Shown piece after piece: positions 11,061-25,140 of a stretch of 64,000 bases of DNA. Position 1 is the stretch's first letter. The number at the start of each line of letters is the position of its first letter. The notes under the pieces are model-generated. The model did not search any database and was not told where the DNA came from. It worked only from the letters and a program-made list of their open reading frames with translations. Origin of the DNA: Eledone cirrhosa (Eukaryota); contig OZ024763.1 of the NCBI GenBank assembly GCA_964016885.1, positions 2,294,001 to 2,358,000 of the forward strand. The letters run 5' to 3'. The position numbers were made by a program, and so were the translations under genes.

Positions 11061-11129
11061 ACATAAATTCCCGCTGTTGCTAAAATTATTCTTAATAAAA
11101 AAAAAAGCGGGAATGTATGTTACAACCCA

Positions 11130-11321
11130 ATCATCATCATCATCATCATCATCATTTTACGTCCGCTTTTCCCTGCTTGCAAGGGTGGGACAGGAACTGA
11201 CTCTGGCTTGATTTCTACAGCTGGATGCTCTTCCTAACAACGCATCACCCGGTCTGAGAATTAAACTTACAACCTTTCGATTGCAAGGCCAATGCTCTAA
11301 CCACTAAGCCATGTGCCTGCA
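11130..11321 (-). mobile_element. SINE family A, internally deleted
   Basis: Head and tail joined at CCTAACA/ACGCATCACCCGG. Confidence 0.85.
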
Positions 11322-11330
11322 TATATATAT

Positions 11331-11679
11331 ATCATCATTCATCATCATCATTTCATTTTACGTCCACTTTTCCCTGCTTGCAAGAGTGGGACGGGAACTG
11401 ATTCTGGCTTGATTTCTACAGCTGAATGACCTTCCTAACACCAACTTCATTTACAGTGAGTGCTGGGTGCTTTTTTGCCGTGGCACCTCCACGACCACTT
11501 TGCAGTGGAATGATAGGGACCCCAGTCCCTATCATCTCATTTCTACAGCTGAGTAAACTGGAGCAATGTGAAATAAAGTGTCTTGTTCAAGGAAACAACA
11601 CATCACCCGGTCTGAGAATTGAACTCACAACCTTTCGATTGCAAGGCCAATGCTCTAACCACTAAGCCATGTGCCTGCA
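11331..11679 (-). mobile_element. SINE family A, full length
   Basis: Near-identical to 6253-6592. Confidence 0.9.
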
Positions 11680-11685
11680 CACACA

Positions 11686-11717
<32 letters not shown>

Positions 11718-11976
11718 TAGAGAAGTAAATCCAAGATGGTCTCACTGTTTATACATGTGTATGTCTTTCCTTCTCAACCAAGATGGAGTGTATTCTGGTT
11801 CCATGTGACATTAAACTGTCTGGAAGTATAAAAGATATCCGATGTGTTCATTGGTGAAACCTAATAAACCAGACATTTGACATTTTATCATAATGGTGTC
11901 ATGTAAATGATCCACCATGTTGGGACAATGGCTGAGAGCTAAACATTTCCAAGTTAGATGGATACTGAGAGAATAC

Positions 11977-12273
11977 ACGCAGGGGTCAGCTGAAAAGTTC
12001 ATAGGTTGACCAAGATACTCTCATGGAATAACCAAATGAGGTTTATTTTTCAACATAGTCTCTGGAAAGATTTCACAGCTCTAGCATCACTCCTTCATAG
12101 GTTGACCAAGATACTCTCATGGAATGACCAAATGAGGTTTATTTGTCAACATAGTCCATGGAAAGAAAGAATAGCAGATATTAAGAAGAGTTGAAATTTA
12201 TGCATGCAAGATTTCACAGCTCTAGCATCACACCTTCATAGTCAGCCTATGAATTTTGAAGCCTAACCCTCGT
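11977..12273. mobile_element. Tc1/mariner-type MITE with both TIRs
   Basis: 5' ACGCAGGGGTCAGCTGAAAAGTTCATAGGTTGAC vs 3' GTCAGCCTATGAATTTTGAAGCCTAACCCTCGT; internal duplication; another fragment at 61262-61390. Confidence 0.7.
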
Positions 12274-12530
12274 GTATGTGTGTGTATATATATATATGTA
12301 TATATATATTTGCTTTGCATGGTTTTTGATATGAAATCGTGTGTCGAAACAAATATTGTTATACTTGGGGAGGGTCATATTGTTGTAATAATATTGCCAG
12401 AAATAATAACAGAACACATTCACTGTTTGGTTGGTTTTTGCTTCTGTATCTTTTATATCTCCACAGTTAATTTATTTGGCAATCAATGTTTATCATTGAT
12501 TGACCAACGGTTAAAAATACAGATATAAAT

Positions 12531-12801
12531 ATCATCATCATCATTTCATTTTACGTCCACTTTTCCCTGCTTGCAAGGGTGGGACGGGAACTGATTCTGG
12601 CTTGATTTCTACAGCTGGATGCCCTTCCTAACACCAACCTCATTTACAGTGAGTGCTGGGTGCTTTTTTGCCGTGGCACCTCCACGACCACTTTGCAGTG
12701 GAATGATAGGGACCCCAGTCCCTATCATCTCATTTCTACAGCTGAGTAAACTGGAGCAATGTGAAATAAAGTGTCTTGCTCAAGGAAACAACACATCACC
12801 C
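12531..12801 (-). mobile_element. SINE family A, 5'-truncated
   Basis: Identity to other copies; lacks the tRNA head. Confidence 0.9.
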
Positions 12802-12957
12802 ATATATATATATAGTCTATCCAAGTTCTTTCGTTGCACATCTGCAACATCATCAGTGGTACTATTATGTTTCCACCTGTTGTAATGTAATGTAATGGCT
12901 ATGCCATTTTTTTTTTATTTAATTTCATTTAAATTAAATAAAAAATGGGGTTCATAC

Positions 12958-13108
12958 CTACATACAAACATATTTTAAAAACACAGTTTTCCTTCCATAT
13001 TAGAATTAGGGTCCATTTCAGATGGTTTGGTATCAAGGGGGTTAATCCTGAATTATTCAACTGTTCATCAAATGTCCCTTTCTGCCAATGGAATATTGTA
13101 TTATACCC
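12958..13108 (-). other. Candidate 151-nt exon (unidentified)
   Basis: ctctgccatcttccAG|..gtag|GTATGA; followed by an 81-nt AT-rich intron-like gap ending caacAG at 12877. Confidence 0.3.
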
Positions 13109-13379
13109 CTGGAAGATGGCAGAGGGGGGGCATTTAAAACAAAACTGGGACCTTTTGATCTTTAATCAACCATCTCACCTAAATTTGAATTAAATGTGTA
13201 AAATTAATCGTTTATTTAATTTAATTTTATTATTATTATTATTATTATTTTAATTTGACTGAATTATTACATCAGAATTAATTAGGAGTTTTAATCATGT
13301 TAAATCTATTACATAAACCCCAGCAGGTGAATGGAATAAGGGAATCTTGTCACTCTCCCTTCTGAGTATTAGGAGGGAG

Positions 13380-13896
13380 GATGTGTGTGTGTATATGTTT
13401 TGTGTTGTATGTCTGTGTTGTGGTGTGTATATGTGTGTGAGTGTATGTATATGTGTATATGTATCTATGTGTATGTGTATGTATATGTGTGTATGTGTAT
13501 GTATATATGTGTATGTATATGTGTATATGTATTTGTGTGTATGTGTATGTCTATATGTGTATGTATATGTGTGTATGTGTATGTATATATGTGTATGTAT
13601 ATGTGTGTATGTGTATGTATATGTGTGTATGTATGTGTGTATGTATGTGTGTACGTGTATGTATATATGTGTATGTATATATGTGTGTATGTATATATGT
13701 GTATGTATATGTGTGTATGTATGTATATGCGTGTATGTGTGTGTATGTATGTATGTATATATGTGCATGTATGTATATGTGTGTATGTATATGTGTGTAT
13801 GTATATGTGTGTATGTGTATGTATATATATGTATGTATGTATATGTGTGTGTATGTATATATGTATATATATATGTGTATGTATGTGTGTGTGTGT
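13380..13896. repeat. (TG/TA)n microsatellite
   Basis: Visible. Confidence 0.95.
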
Positions 13897-14139
13897 TCTA
13901 TTGATTGTAAAATTACTTAATACCCCTGAATAATCCGGAAAGTTAATCTTGTTTAATCCCCCCCTTCTCTCTATTTGACTAACTCCCACCACCACCTAAA
14001 GCACTTGCTTCTACCACCATTACCAGCTTTAAACCACTAACTCCCACCTCCTCTATCTCAATAACTCCTACCACCACCTCTATCTCAATAACTCCCACCA
14101 CCCTCTCTCTTTATCACTACCTCACACCACTACATCTAT

Positions 14140-14390
14140 TTTACTACCTCCCACCACCACCACCACTGTCTCACTAACCCCCACCACTACCTCTCTTTCA
14201 CTACCTCCCACCACCACGACCACTGTCTCACTAACCCCCACCACTACCTCTCTTTCACTACCTCCCACCGCCACCACCACTGTCTCACTAACCCCCACCA
14301 CTACCCCTCTTTCACTACCTCCCACCACCACCACCACTGTCTCACTAACTCCCACCACTACCTCTCTTTCACTACCTCCCACCACCATCT
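14140..14390. repeat. 57-bp minisatellite, ~4 copies
   Basis: CACTGTCTCACTAAC recurs at 14164, 14221 and onward. Confidence 0.9.
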
Positions 14391-14632
14391 AACTCTTTCT
14401 CTCTCCCCCTCTCTCTAAATGTCTCCAACACCCATCTGCCTCTCTCTCTCTCTCTCTCTCTCTTTCTTTCTCTCATATCTCACACCCACCCTTCCCCCTC
14501 TACCTTACTCACCCTCTCACCACCACCACTCACTAGCACCCTCTCACCACCACCATAACCCTCTCACCCCACCCTATCACCCCCACGTCTCCTCCAGCCG
14601 CCACCCCCACCCCACCCCACCCCACCCCGCAC

Positions 14633-14765
14633 CTGCCATCTTCACACTTTCCACAGAAGCATTTCCTTAATTCTACCACAATATCATATGCTCCATTCTT
14701 CAATGTCGGAAATAATGAGTTGGAATAATGAAGAAGATTTATAAAGAATTAACTCAAGTGAACAT
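14633..14765 (-). other. Candidate 133-nt exon (unidentified)
   Basis: cttcttccttctacAG|..aagATGGCAG|GTGCGG; no fully open frame. Confidence 0.25.
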
Positions 14766-15031
14766 CTGTAGAAGGAAGAAGTCTATCAGATCTCTAAGAC
14801 AACCACAGGAATTTCACCAATTCCACCAATTTTTTTCTTCTCTTCCAAACACCTCCTTCCTCCATAACTTCTCTAATAATTCAAATATTGTTGTTTGAAT
14901 GATTCTTGGTCATGCTCTTTCTTCTACACATTGTATGTCATAGATCCCCTCGTTCTATAAGTTTATATACTTCTCAGGTCCCAAATAATGGGGGGAGGGG
15001 GAATAAACAAGGGTTTTGGACATTTGTTTAA

Positions 15032-15540
15032 CCCTTTAGCATTTACATGACTCTATATATACTATTGTATTTTCACAGTAAAGGCTTTGCCTCACATAAT
15101 ATCTCGCATAATATTTACATTACTCTATATATACTATTGTATTTTCACAGTAAAGGCTTTACCTCACATAATATCTCACATAACATTTACATGACTCTCT
15201 ATATACTATTGTATTTTCACAGTAAAGGCTTTACCTCACATAATATCTCACATAACATTTACATGGCTCTCTATATACTATTGTATTTTCACAGTAAAGG
15301 CTTTACCTCACATAATATCTCACATAACATTTACATGACGCTCTATATACTATTGTATTTTCACAGTAAAGGCTTTACCTCACATAATTATCTCACATAA
15401 TATCTAATCTATGAGATTTGGAAATTATTTATTTTGAGAACATTACCTCAACATCAGTATGAGCAGCCGATTATAGCTGGTTTGAACAGAAAGAGGTGAG
15501 AGAATTCTGGCCAGATATGGCTGGTTTAAGTGCTAAAGGG
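15032..15540. mobile_element. piggyBac-type MITE containing a 72-bp tandem array (~5 copies, 15040-15400)
   Basis: TTAA|CCCTTTAGCATTTA..TAAGTGCTAAAGGG|TTAA: TIRs and TTAA target duplication. Confidence 0.85.
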
Positions 15541-15914
15541 TTAAATTCTTATAAGCAGGGGAGGGGGGGAGCTGGATTAAAAGATGGGAATTGGTAATTG
15601 GGATTTCTTGTAATGTTCTTTTTTTTTTTTGTCAAATAAAATCATTATTAGATTCTTCAGCTGCTGTATCAGTACAGAGAGAGCAAGAGAGGGGGGGGGA
15701 ATGAGGTGTGACAGAAATGAAACATGGATTACAGGTTAAATATAGTCTAGATAGACCCATCCATGCTAGCGTAGAAAATGGACGTTAAACGAAGAGGATG
15801 ATGATGATGATGATGATGATGGATGAGAAACAAAACGAGGATGTAATTTATGGAACACCCAAATGATTTAGAAGTCGACTTTAAGTAGGAGCAATAACAT
15901 TAAGAAAGACATGA

Positions 15915-16079
15915 TGAAAAACCTCCCAGCCCCACACTGTAAATGTGGTTGGTGTTAGGAAGGGCATCCAGCTGTAGAAAACCCGCCAGACAGTCCTATA
16001 CGAGCAAGACAACCACTCTTGCCTCAAGTGGGAAAACCCCCGTCCAAACCCATGCAAGCGTGGAACATGGACGTTAAAC

Positions 16080-16107
<28 letters not shown>
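15915..16107 (+). mobile_element. SINE family A-related subfamily B, 3' part
   Basis: GGTTGGTGTTAGGAAGGGCATCCAGCTGTAGAAA..GGACGTTAAACGATGATG; longer copies at 40700-41085 and 60352-60760. Confidence 0.85.
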
Positions 16108-16110
<3 letters not shown>

Positions 16111-16450
16111 GACACCACATGATTTTGTATTGAAAACTTTGAAAGTAGGTTTATAAATATGAATTTTCGTAAGATTTTTGTAGTTGTCTCTGTGGCCTAA
16201 CGGTAAGTACTAGAGACATTGGTCTTGGGTTCAATCCTGGTCAAGAGGTACATGTAATCTTTTTTCAGTTTTTATTTTACATCCCATAGAAAAAACTGAA
16301 AATGGTTTACCACGAACCCTACTCCCAACCAGGATTGAACTTCAGACCGGGATCACCACTGTCTATGATTCTTCCAACAACTACAAAAGTATAATGAAAA
16401 TTAATAATTATAAGCTTACTTTCAAAATCAAAGTTAAAAAGATGTCGTCC
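16108..16450. mobile_element. Old fold-back element with inverted tRNA-like boxes
   Basis: Nested inverted blocks TTTGAAAGTAGGTTTATAA/TTATAAGCTTACTTTCAAA, TTTTGTAGTTG/CAACTACAAAA, GTTCAATCCTGGT/ACCAGGATTGAAC, TTTTCAGTTTTT/AAAAACTGAAAA. Confidence 0.6.
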
Positions 16451-16614
16451 ATGGCTTTCCTAGTGCTATTAGTCATATTTAGGGTCGACTTGTCAATCTT
16501 CTGGCTCTTTGGTAACAATCTTATTATTCCTATGTGTGTTTAACTGTTGAATTTCTTATGACGCTAAACTCCACCAGTTGCAGTCTGCACATCAACATAA
16601 GTTTGATCACAAAG

Positions 16615-16875
16615 TTTGATCACCAGCAGCAGAGTTTAAAGAGCAAAGATCAAGTCCAGTCCATAAGTTGACATTGTCAAGCCAAGTTTTGGCTGCCAGC
16701 CTCTGCTTCTCTGACCAGCCAACCTTCCTTTCAGGAATATATAATACCTTTCGATCACCAGCAGCAGAGTTTAAAGAGCAAAGATCAAGCCCAGTCCATA
16801 AGTTGACATTATCAAGCCATCGTTTTGGCTGCTGGCCTTTGCTTCTCTAACCAGCCAACCATCCTTCCAGGCATA
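16615..16875. repeat. ~135-bp tandem duplication
   Basis: GATCACCAGCAGCAGAGTTTAAAGAGCAAAGATCAAG occurs twice. Confidence 0.85.
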
Positions 16876-17096
16876 ACCTACTCACACCACAAGTTGATCT
16901 TTTTATATGACTGTATAGTTTGAGTACTATTGACTTGACAATTGATGTAATTGGTTTAAGTTTGGTAATGTTGAGCAGCTCACTGACACAGATACAGTCG
17001 CTGAGCCGCTTGCCAGTCATAAGTCTCATGATGTGGTTCTGTTGAATTAATTTAAATTAATTTAACAAACAAATAATATATATATATATATATACA

Positions 17097-17320
17097 CAGA
17101 AATATCCACGGTAAGTTGTGGGGTCTAGTCTGTATGAAGAACTCAATGTAATCCATATGTTGAAAATGTTGTAGGTAAAAATAAATCCCGGAAAACAATA
17201 AAACATCAAAAGGAAGACAGAGTCATGATATAAGTTAAAACAATGAAATAAAATAATGAAATAAAATGACTTGAATTTTTATTTCATTTTTTTTATTTCA
17301 TTGTTTTAACTTATATATAT
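17097..17320. mobile_element. (TA)n-flanked insert with terminal hairpin; relative at 60781-61035
   Basis: Shared GGGTCTA..GTAT.AAGAACTCAATGTAATCC; inverted arms about 17228-17255 / 17290-17317. Confidence 0.5.
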
Positions 17321-17322
17321 GC

Positions 17323-17801
17323 AGGACTAAAAACAAAACCTGTCAAAGGGCAAAGGAGCTCTTAAGAGTCAATGGCCATCCAAAATCACCGGGAGAGATG
17401 ACCTCTTAGCCTTTGTCAAGGCAGAATTCTAGGAGAAGGAAAACTCTGATATAACACCTGCAACCCTGATGGTATCCAATGATGTTGACTTGTTCTTCTT
17501 TTTGGTAAATATCATCTTGGTTAAGAGAGTGGGACTGGCTTTGTGCAGTGCCTTTGCTCACTATAAAAGCTTCACGGCACAGGCATTGCTTTATATCTGG
17601 AGATCTCTCTGCACTTGTCGTCACATGATACCATGGGCCCAGCACTATGTACCAATAATTGTCACAAGTATGGTGTTTGTACCCGAGTTTTCAAGTCGCT
17701 GGCTGGACTAAAAAGTCACACTCGTTCAGCGCATCGGTAGGGGTTCTCCTACATGGATATAGAGTAGTGGCCGTACTCGAAAACGAGTTGGCAGCCACCA
17801 T
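17323..17801 (+). pseudogene. RTE-clade LINE 3' fragment (degenerate)
   Basis: C-terminal zinc-finger-like ..GVCTRVFKSLAGLKSHTRSAHR* then short 3' UTR with CTCGAAAACGAG hairpin. Confidence 0.65.
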
Positions 17802-17816
17802 ATATATATATATATA

Positions 17817-18006
17817 ATTGTTTCTACTTTAGACACAAGGCCAGCAATTACCCAGTTCATTACTGGTACTTTATTTTATCGACCCCGTAAGGATGAAAGG
17901 CAAAGTTAACCTCGGCGGGATTTGAACTCAGATCGTAAAGGGACGTAATTCTATGCTGGAAAGCATGGCATCCGACCCTCTATCGATACTGCCAATCCAC
18001 CGCCCT
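17817..18006 (-). mobile_element. tRNA-derived SINE family C (Nin-domain-like)
   Basis: Minus: TGGCAGTATCG A box, GAGTTCAAATCC B box, TTGCCTTTCATCCTTACGGGGTCGATAAAATAAAGTACCAG. Confidence 0.85.
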
Positions 18007-18217
18007 GGAAAAGTGGTAAGGAACCAGATGGACCATAACGCAACAAAGTACTCAATATTTAGGGTAGTAGAGTGGGTAATAGGAACGAGTAGGACCCCGA
18101 CGGCTGAGCTCAAGCCGTTTCGACGGCTAATTCTGGACTAAAAATTTTTTTTTTTTTTTAGTCCAGAATTAGCCGTCGAAACGGCTTGAGCTCAGCCGTC
18201 GGGGTCCTACTCGTTCC

Positions 18218-18220
<3 letters not shown>
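18007..18220 (-). mobile_element. Fold-back PLE-like element family 5 (3' half of a hammerhead)
   Basis: GAAA-CGGCT-tgagctc-AGCCG-TC-ggggtc on both arms; copies at 32975, 34460, 46695. Confidence 0.7.
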
Positions 18221-19365
<1,145 letters not shown>

Positions 19366-19399
19366 AGACAGGGGTTGTCAGTCATTGAAGGGTCAGAAA

Positions 19400-19525
19400 G
19401 AATGCCTTGCAGTATTTATTCTGGCCCCCTACATTCTCAGTTCAAATCCCATTGTGGTCATATTTGACTCTCATCTTTCTGGGGTTGATAAAGTAGGGGT
19501 CAAGTATAGAGGGGAGGGCATCAAT
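19400..19525 (+). mobile_element. Degenerate SINE family C fragment
   Basis: CAGTTCAAATCCC..TTTGACTCTCATCTTTCTGGGGTTGATAAAGTA. Confidence 0.6.
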
Positions 19526-19539
19526 TCCTCTTTCTTTCT

Positions 19540-20217
19540 TTTTTGCTCTCTGTCTCTCCTCTCTCTCTCTCTCCCTTTCTATCTCCCCCCTCTCTCTCTC
19601 TCCTTTTCCTCTGTCTATCTCCCCCTCCATCTCTGACTATCTCCCTCTCTCTCTGACTATCTCCCTCTCCCCCACTCTCTCTCCCTCCCCCTCTCTCTCC
19701 CTCTCTCTCTCTCCCACTCTCTCCTTTTCCTCTGTCTATCTCCCCTGCTCTCTCTGTCTATCTCTCTCTCTCTCTCCTTTTCCTCTGTCTATCCCCCCTC
19801 TCTGTCTCTGTCTCTCTCTCCCTTTCCTTCTCTCTGTCTCTGTCTCTCTCTCCCTTTCCTTCTCTCTGTTTAAATGTTACTCTCTTTCTGGCTCACTCTC
19901 GTTTCCCCTCTCTTTCTCTCTCTCTCCTTCTTTCTCTCTCTCCTCTCTTTCTCTCTCTCTCTCTCTCTCCTTCTTTCTCTCTGTCATTCCCTCTCTCCCT
20001 CATGTCTATAATAAATACACAATATGTATACACACACTCATCTAAACACACACACACACATATATATATACACACACTCACACATATATACATATATATA
20101 TACTCACATATATATACACACACACATCTATATATACATATATATATACACTCATACATATATATATACACACACACACATATATATATATATACTCATA
20201 CATATACATATATACAT

Positions 20218-20263
<46 letters not shown>

Positions 20264-20560
20264 TCATACATATACATATATATATACACACACACACACA
20301 CATATATATATACTCATACATATACATATATATATACACACACACACATATATATGGGTGAGAAATGAAATTTCATTTTTTCCATTTATATATATATACA
20401 TACTCACACACACACATATATATATATATACTCACACATACACACATATATATATACATACTCACACACACATATATATATATACACACACATACACACA
20501 TATATATATATATATACATACTCACACATACACACATATATATACACACACACAGATTAT
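19540..20560. repeat. (CT)n then (CA/TA)n microsatellites
   Basis: Visible. Confidence 0.95.
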
Positions 20561-20869
20561 TCACTGCTGTGTGTGTGATATACATGCATATAAATATTTA
20601 TACATAAAAGGCAAGCCCCTTCTATATAACCCTTTATATACACCACACACTGTTGATAGAATCCCTTTCAACCATACCCCACAAAGACCCCACAAAGGCC
20701 CCATATACCACCCATAAACCCTTCCAAATATTTGCCAAAATTATTCCATACAAAGTTGAACCAATTTATAAAGGTGCAGATTCCTGAGGAAAAACTAAAG
20801 GCATCCTTCCAAACAAACCCCTTTCCACCGAAATTTTGAAGTATGAGTCAGTGTCCCCTTCCTTAGCCC

Positions 20870-21575
20870 ACCTCCACCCTAACAACAACACCCTGCTGCA
20901 CCCTTACTAACCCTTCTTACCCCTTCCTCAGACATTCAACAAATACCCTCCCCCTCTCTTAACAACAACACCCTCTCTAACACTTCCTGACAACCCCCTC
21001 CCTCTCTCTTTCTTCAGACATTCAACATATACCCCGCTCCCTACTGCACCCTAACTAACCCCTCCCGCCTCTCCCCTTCCTCAGACATTCACCCCCCACC
21101 CCCTCCCTCCACTGTTCCTGCCTGTCCTTCCTCCCACCCCCCACCCCCACTACAGCAACACCCTACTGCCCCCCCCCCCCCCCTCACTGACCCTTCCTAC
21201 CCACTCTCCCCTTCGTCAGACATTCAACACATACCCCTCCACCCCCCTCGCCGTCTCTCCCTACTGCACCTTCCCTAATCCTTCTTCTTCCCTCTCCCCT
21301 CAGACATACAACCCTCCCTCCCTCCCTCCCTCCCCCTCTCTGTCACTACAACACCCCTCCACCCCTCCTCCTGTCACTACACCCTCCCTCAGACATACAA
21401 CCCTCCCTCCCTCCCTCCCCCTCTCCGTCACTACAACACCCCTCCACCCCTCCTCCTGTCACTACACCCTCCCTCAGACATACGACCCTCCCTGTCTGTC
21501 TGTAACTACAACCCTCCTCCCTGCCCCCATGTATGTCACTACAACACCCTCCCCCCCCTGTCTGTCACTACACCT
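20870..21575. repeat. Degenerate C-rich tandem repeat (CCTCAGACAT.CAAC anchor)
   Basis: Anchor recurs about 7 times. Confidence 0.75.
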
Positions 21576-21638
21576 CCCACTGTCACCACAAGCCCTCTTT
21601 GACACCATTCCACTGCTGATGTCCAAGGAATTCCTTAC

Positions 21639-21701
21639 CATAATACATTGACCCAGATTCCACAACTCAGAGATGCTGACACTTTCATAACAGTTGGCTG
21701 C
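21639..21701 (-). other. Candidate 63-nt exon (unidentified)
   Basis: cacagcAG|..tattatg|GTAAGG; length is a multiple of 3. Confidence 0.3.
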
Positions 21702-21704
21702 CTG

Positions 21705-21743
21705 CTGTGTGTGTATATATATATATATATGTGTATATATATA

Positions 21744-21802
<59 letters not shown>

Positions 21803-21815
21803 GTGTGTGTGTAGC

Positions 21816-21855
<40 letters not shown>

Positions 21856-22103
21856 TATATATATACATATATATATATGTGTGTGTAGCTGTGTGTATAT
21901 AGTTATATATATATATATATATGTGTAGTTGTGTATATATATATATATATATATATATACACGCAGCTACATATATATATATATATATTCATTTATATAT
22001 ATATATATATATATATATTCATTTATATATATATATATATATCCATTTATATATATATAGATATATGTAGCTGTGTATATAAATATATATATGTGTGTAA
22101 CTG

Positions 22104-22138
<35 letters not shown>

Positions 22139-22143
22139 AGCTG

Positions 22144-22178
<35 letters not shown>

Positions 22179-22206
22179 AGCTGTGTATATATATATATGT
22201 GTGTAG

Positions 22207-22272
<66 letters not shown>

Positions 22273-22791
22273 AGTTGTGTATATATATATATATATGTGT
22301 GTAGCTGTGTATATATATATATATGTGTGTGTGCAGCTGTGCATGTGTGTGTGTCTGTGTGTGTGTGTGTATGTGCTTGTGTGTCTATCTGTAGCCGTGT
22401 GACTGTGTCTGTGTCACTATGTATTTGTGTGTGTGTATATATATATATATGTACGTATGGCTATGTATGTGTGACTGTGTCTGTGTTGCTGTGTATGTGT
22501 GTGTGTGTATATATAATGTGTGTGTGTGTGTGTGTGACTGTGGCTGTATGACTGTGTTTCTGTGTACGGCTGTGAGTCTTTCACTGTGTCTGTGTGTCTG
22601 TCTGTGTGTGCGTGTGTGTCTGTGTGTCAGTACGTGGGTGTGAGTCTGTGTCTGTCTGTGTGTGCGTGTGTGTATGTGTGTCTGTCTGTGTGTGCGTGTG
22701 TGTCTGTGTGTCAGTGCGTGTGTGTCTGTGTGTCTGCTAAGAACGCACACACAGACACACAAATATACCAGACATGCACAGTCTGGCAGAA

Positions 22792-22833
<42 letters not shown>

Positions 22834-22943
22834 GTGTGTGTGTGTGCACATTTGAGGCATAGCAGCTAAGAACGTACACACGGACACAGAGAAACACACG
22901 TGCGCGCGCGCACACACACACACACTGATGTAAGAACTCACAT

Positions 22944-22978
<35 letters not shown>

Positions 22979-23250
22979 TATACACTGCACACACACCCTT
23001 CCCCCACACTATTATAAACCATCACCCCACCACTCTCCACCACATGTCCCCCACCACCACATATCCCACCACCACCACCACATGTCCCCACCACCACCAC
23101 ATGTCCCCACCACCACATGTCAAACCACCACCACATGTCCCTCCACCACCACATGTCCCCACCACCACCATATGTCCCCCACCACCACATGTCACCACCA
23201 CCACATGTCCCTCCACCACCACATGTCCCACCCCCTCCACCACATGTTAC
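21705..23250. repeat. (TA)/(TG)/(CA) microsatellites and CCACCACCACATGTCC minisatellite
   Basis: Visible. Confidence 0.9.
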
Positions 23251-23514
23251 TACATTCATCACTGAAGCCAGTCACATAACAACAGATAATAAATACCAAT
23301 TAAATTTTAAAAAAACTGATTTGATAATGTGTATTTAATGTAATGACAATAGATAATGTGTATTTAATGTAATGACAATAGATAATGTGTATTTAATGTA
23401 ATAATATTTCACAGGTGAATATCCCTAATATATTCCCTGTAACAACAGTTGTTCTCCATCTTGTTGTGGAAACCCTACAGGATATTCCAAAAGTCACGGA
23501 GCCCTTATATGTGT

Positions 23515-23955
23515 TTCACATTACAAACTTTGCCCCTTCACATTACAAACTTTGCCCCTTCACATTACAAACTTTATCCTTTCACATTACAAACTTTACC
23601 CCTTCACATTACAAACTTTACCCCTTCACATTACAAACTTTACCCTTCACATAAGAAGCTGAACCTTTCACATTACAAACTTTACCCCTTCACATTGCAA
23701 GTTGTACCCTTCACATTACAAGCTGTACCCTTCACATTACAAGCTTTCCCTTCACATTACAAGTTGTACCCCTTCACATTACAAGCTGTACCCTTCACAT
23801 TACAACCTTCCCCCTTCACATTGCAAGCTCCCCGTTCACATTACAACCTTCACCCCTTCACATTACAACCTTCCCCTTTCACATTTCACTCTCCCCCTTC
23901 ACATTGCAAGCTTCCCCTTCACATTACAACCCTTATCCTTCACATTACAACCTTA
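23515..23955. repeat. ~21-22-bp minisatellite TTCACATTACAAACTTTACCCC
   Basis: About 20 degenerate copies. Confidence 0.9.
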
Positions 23956-24164
23956 AGGAATGTTTATACTTAGAGTAGAATCTATACCCAGTAGTTGTAG
24001 TTATATTGTCGTTTTAACAAATTACTTGAGATTTTGAACTGAACTCACTGACTCTGAGGACTCCCAGTGGTTTCTGGACCCACGATTGAAAACCATTTGT
24101 TCAGGGCCTCATAATCTGCTTGCATCTCACAATCCACTGGGCTCTCAATTTGTTTGGGGTGGTT

Positions 24165-25140
24165 TTTCAATCCACTGGAGTCTCACATCCTTCTGGGGCC
24201 ACACAGCCCACTGGAGTTTAACATCTTTCAGGGACCACACAACAGACTAAGGCCTCACATCTTTCAAGGACCTCACAACAGACTAAGGCCTCACATCTTT
24301 CAGGGACCACACAACAGACTAAGGCTTCACATCTTTCAGGGACCTCACAACCCACTGAAGTCTCACATCCTTCAGGGACCACACAACCTTATGGGGCCAC
24401 ACAGCCCACTGGAGTTTAACATCTTTCAGGGACCACACAACAGACTAAGGCTTCACATCTTTCAGGGACCTCACAACCCACTGAAGTCTCACATCCTTCA
24501 GGGACCACACAACCTTATGGGGCCACACAGCCCACTGGAGTTTAACATCTTTCAGGGACCACACAACAGACTAAGGCTTCACATCTTTCAGGGACCTCAC
24601 AACCCACTGAAGTCTCACGTCCTTCAGGGACCACACAACCTTATGGGGCCACACAGCCCACTGGAGTTTAACATCTTTCAGGGACCACACAACAGACTAA
24701 GGCCTCACATCTTTCAGGGACCTCACAACCCACTGAAGTCTCACATCCTTCAGGGACCACATAACAGACTAAGGCTTCACATCTTTCAGGGACCTCACAA
24801 CCCACTGAAGTCTCACATCCTTCAGGGACCACACAACAGACTAAGGCTTCACATCTTTGAGGGACCTCACAACCCACTGAAGTCTCACATCCTTCTGGGG
24901 CCACACAGCCCACTGGAGTTTAACATCTTTCAGGGACCACACAACAGACTAAGGCCTCACATCTTTCAGGGACCACACAACAGACTAAGGCCTCACATCT
25001 TTCAGGGACCTCACAACCCACTGAAGTCTCACATCCTTCAGGGACCACACAACAGACTAAGGCCTCACATCTTTCAGGGACCTCACAACCCACTGAAGTC
25101 TCATGTCCTTCAGGGACCTACCAACCTTCTGGGGCTTCAC
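24165..25140. repeat. 36-bp minisatellite with 126-bp higher-order unit
   Basis: CACATCTTTCAGGGACCACACAAC.. units; open frame 24154..25182 (GPH repeats). Confidence 0.9.
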
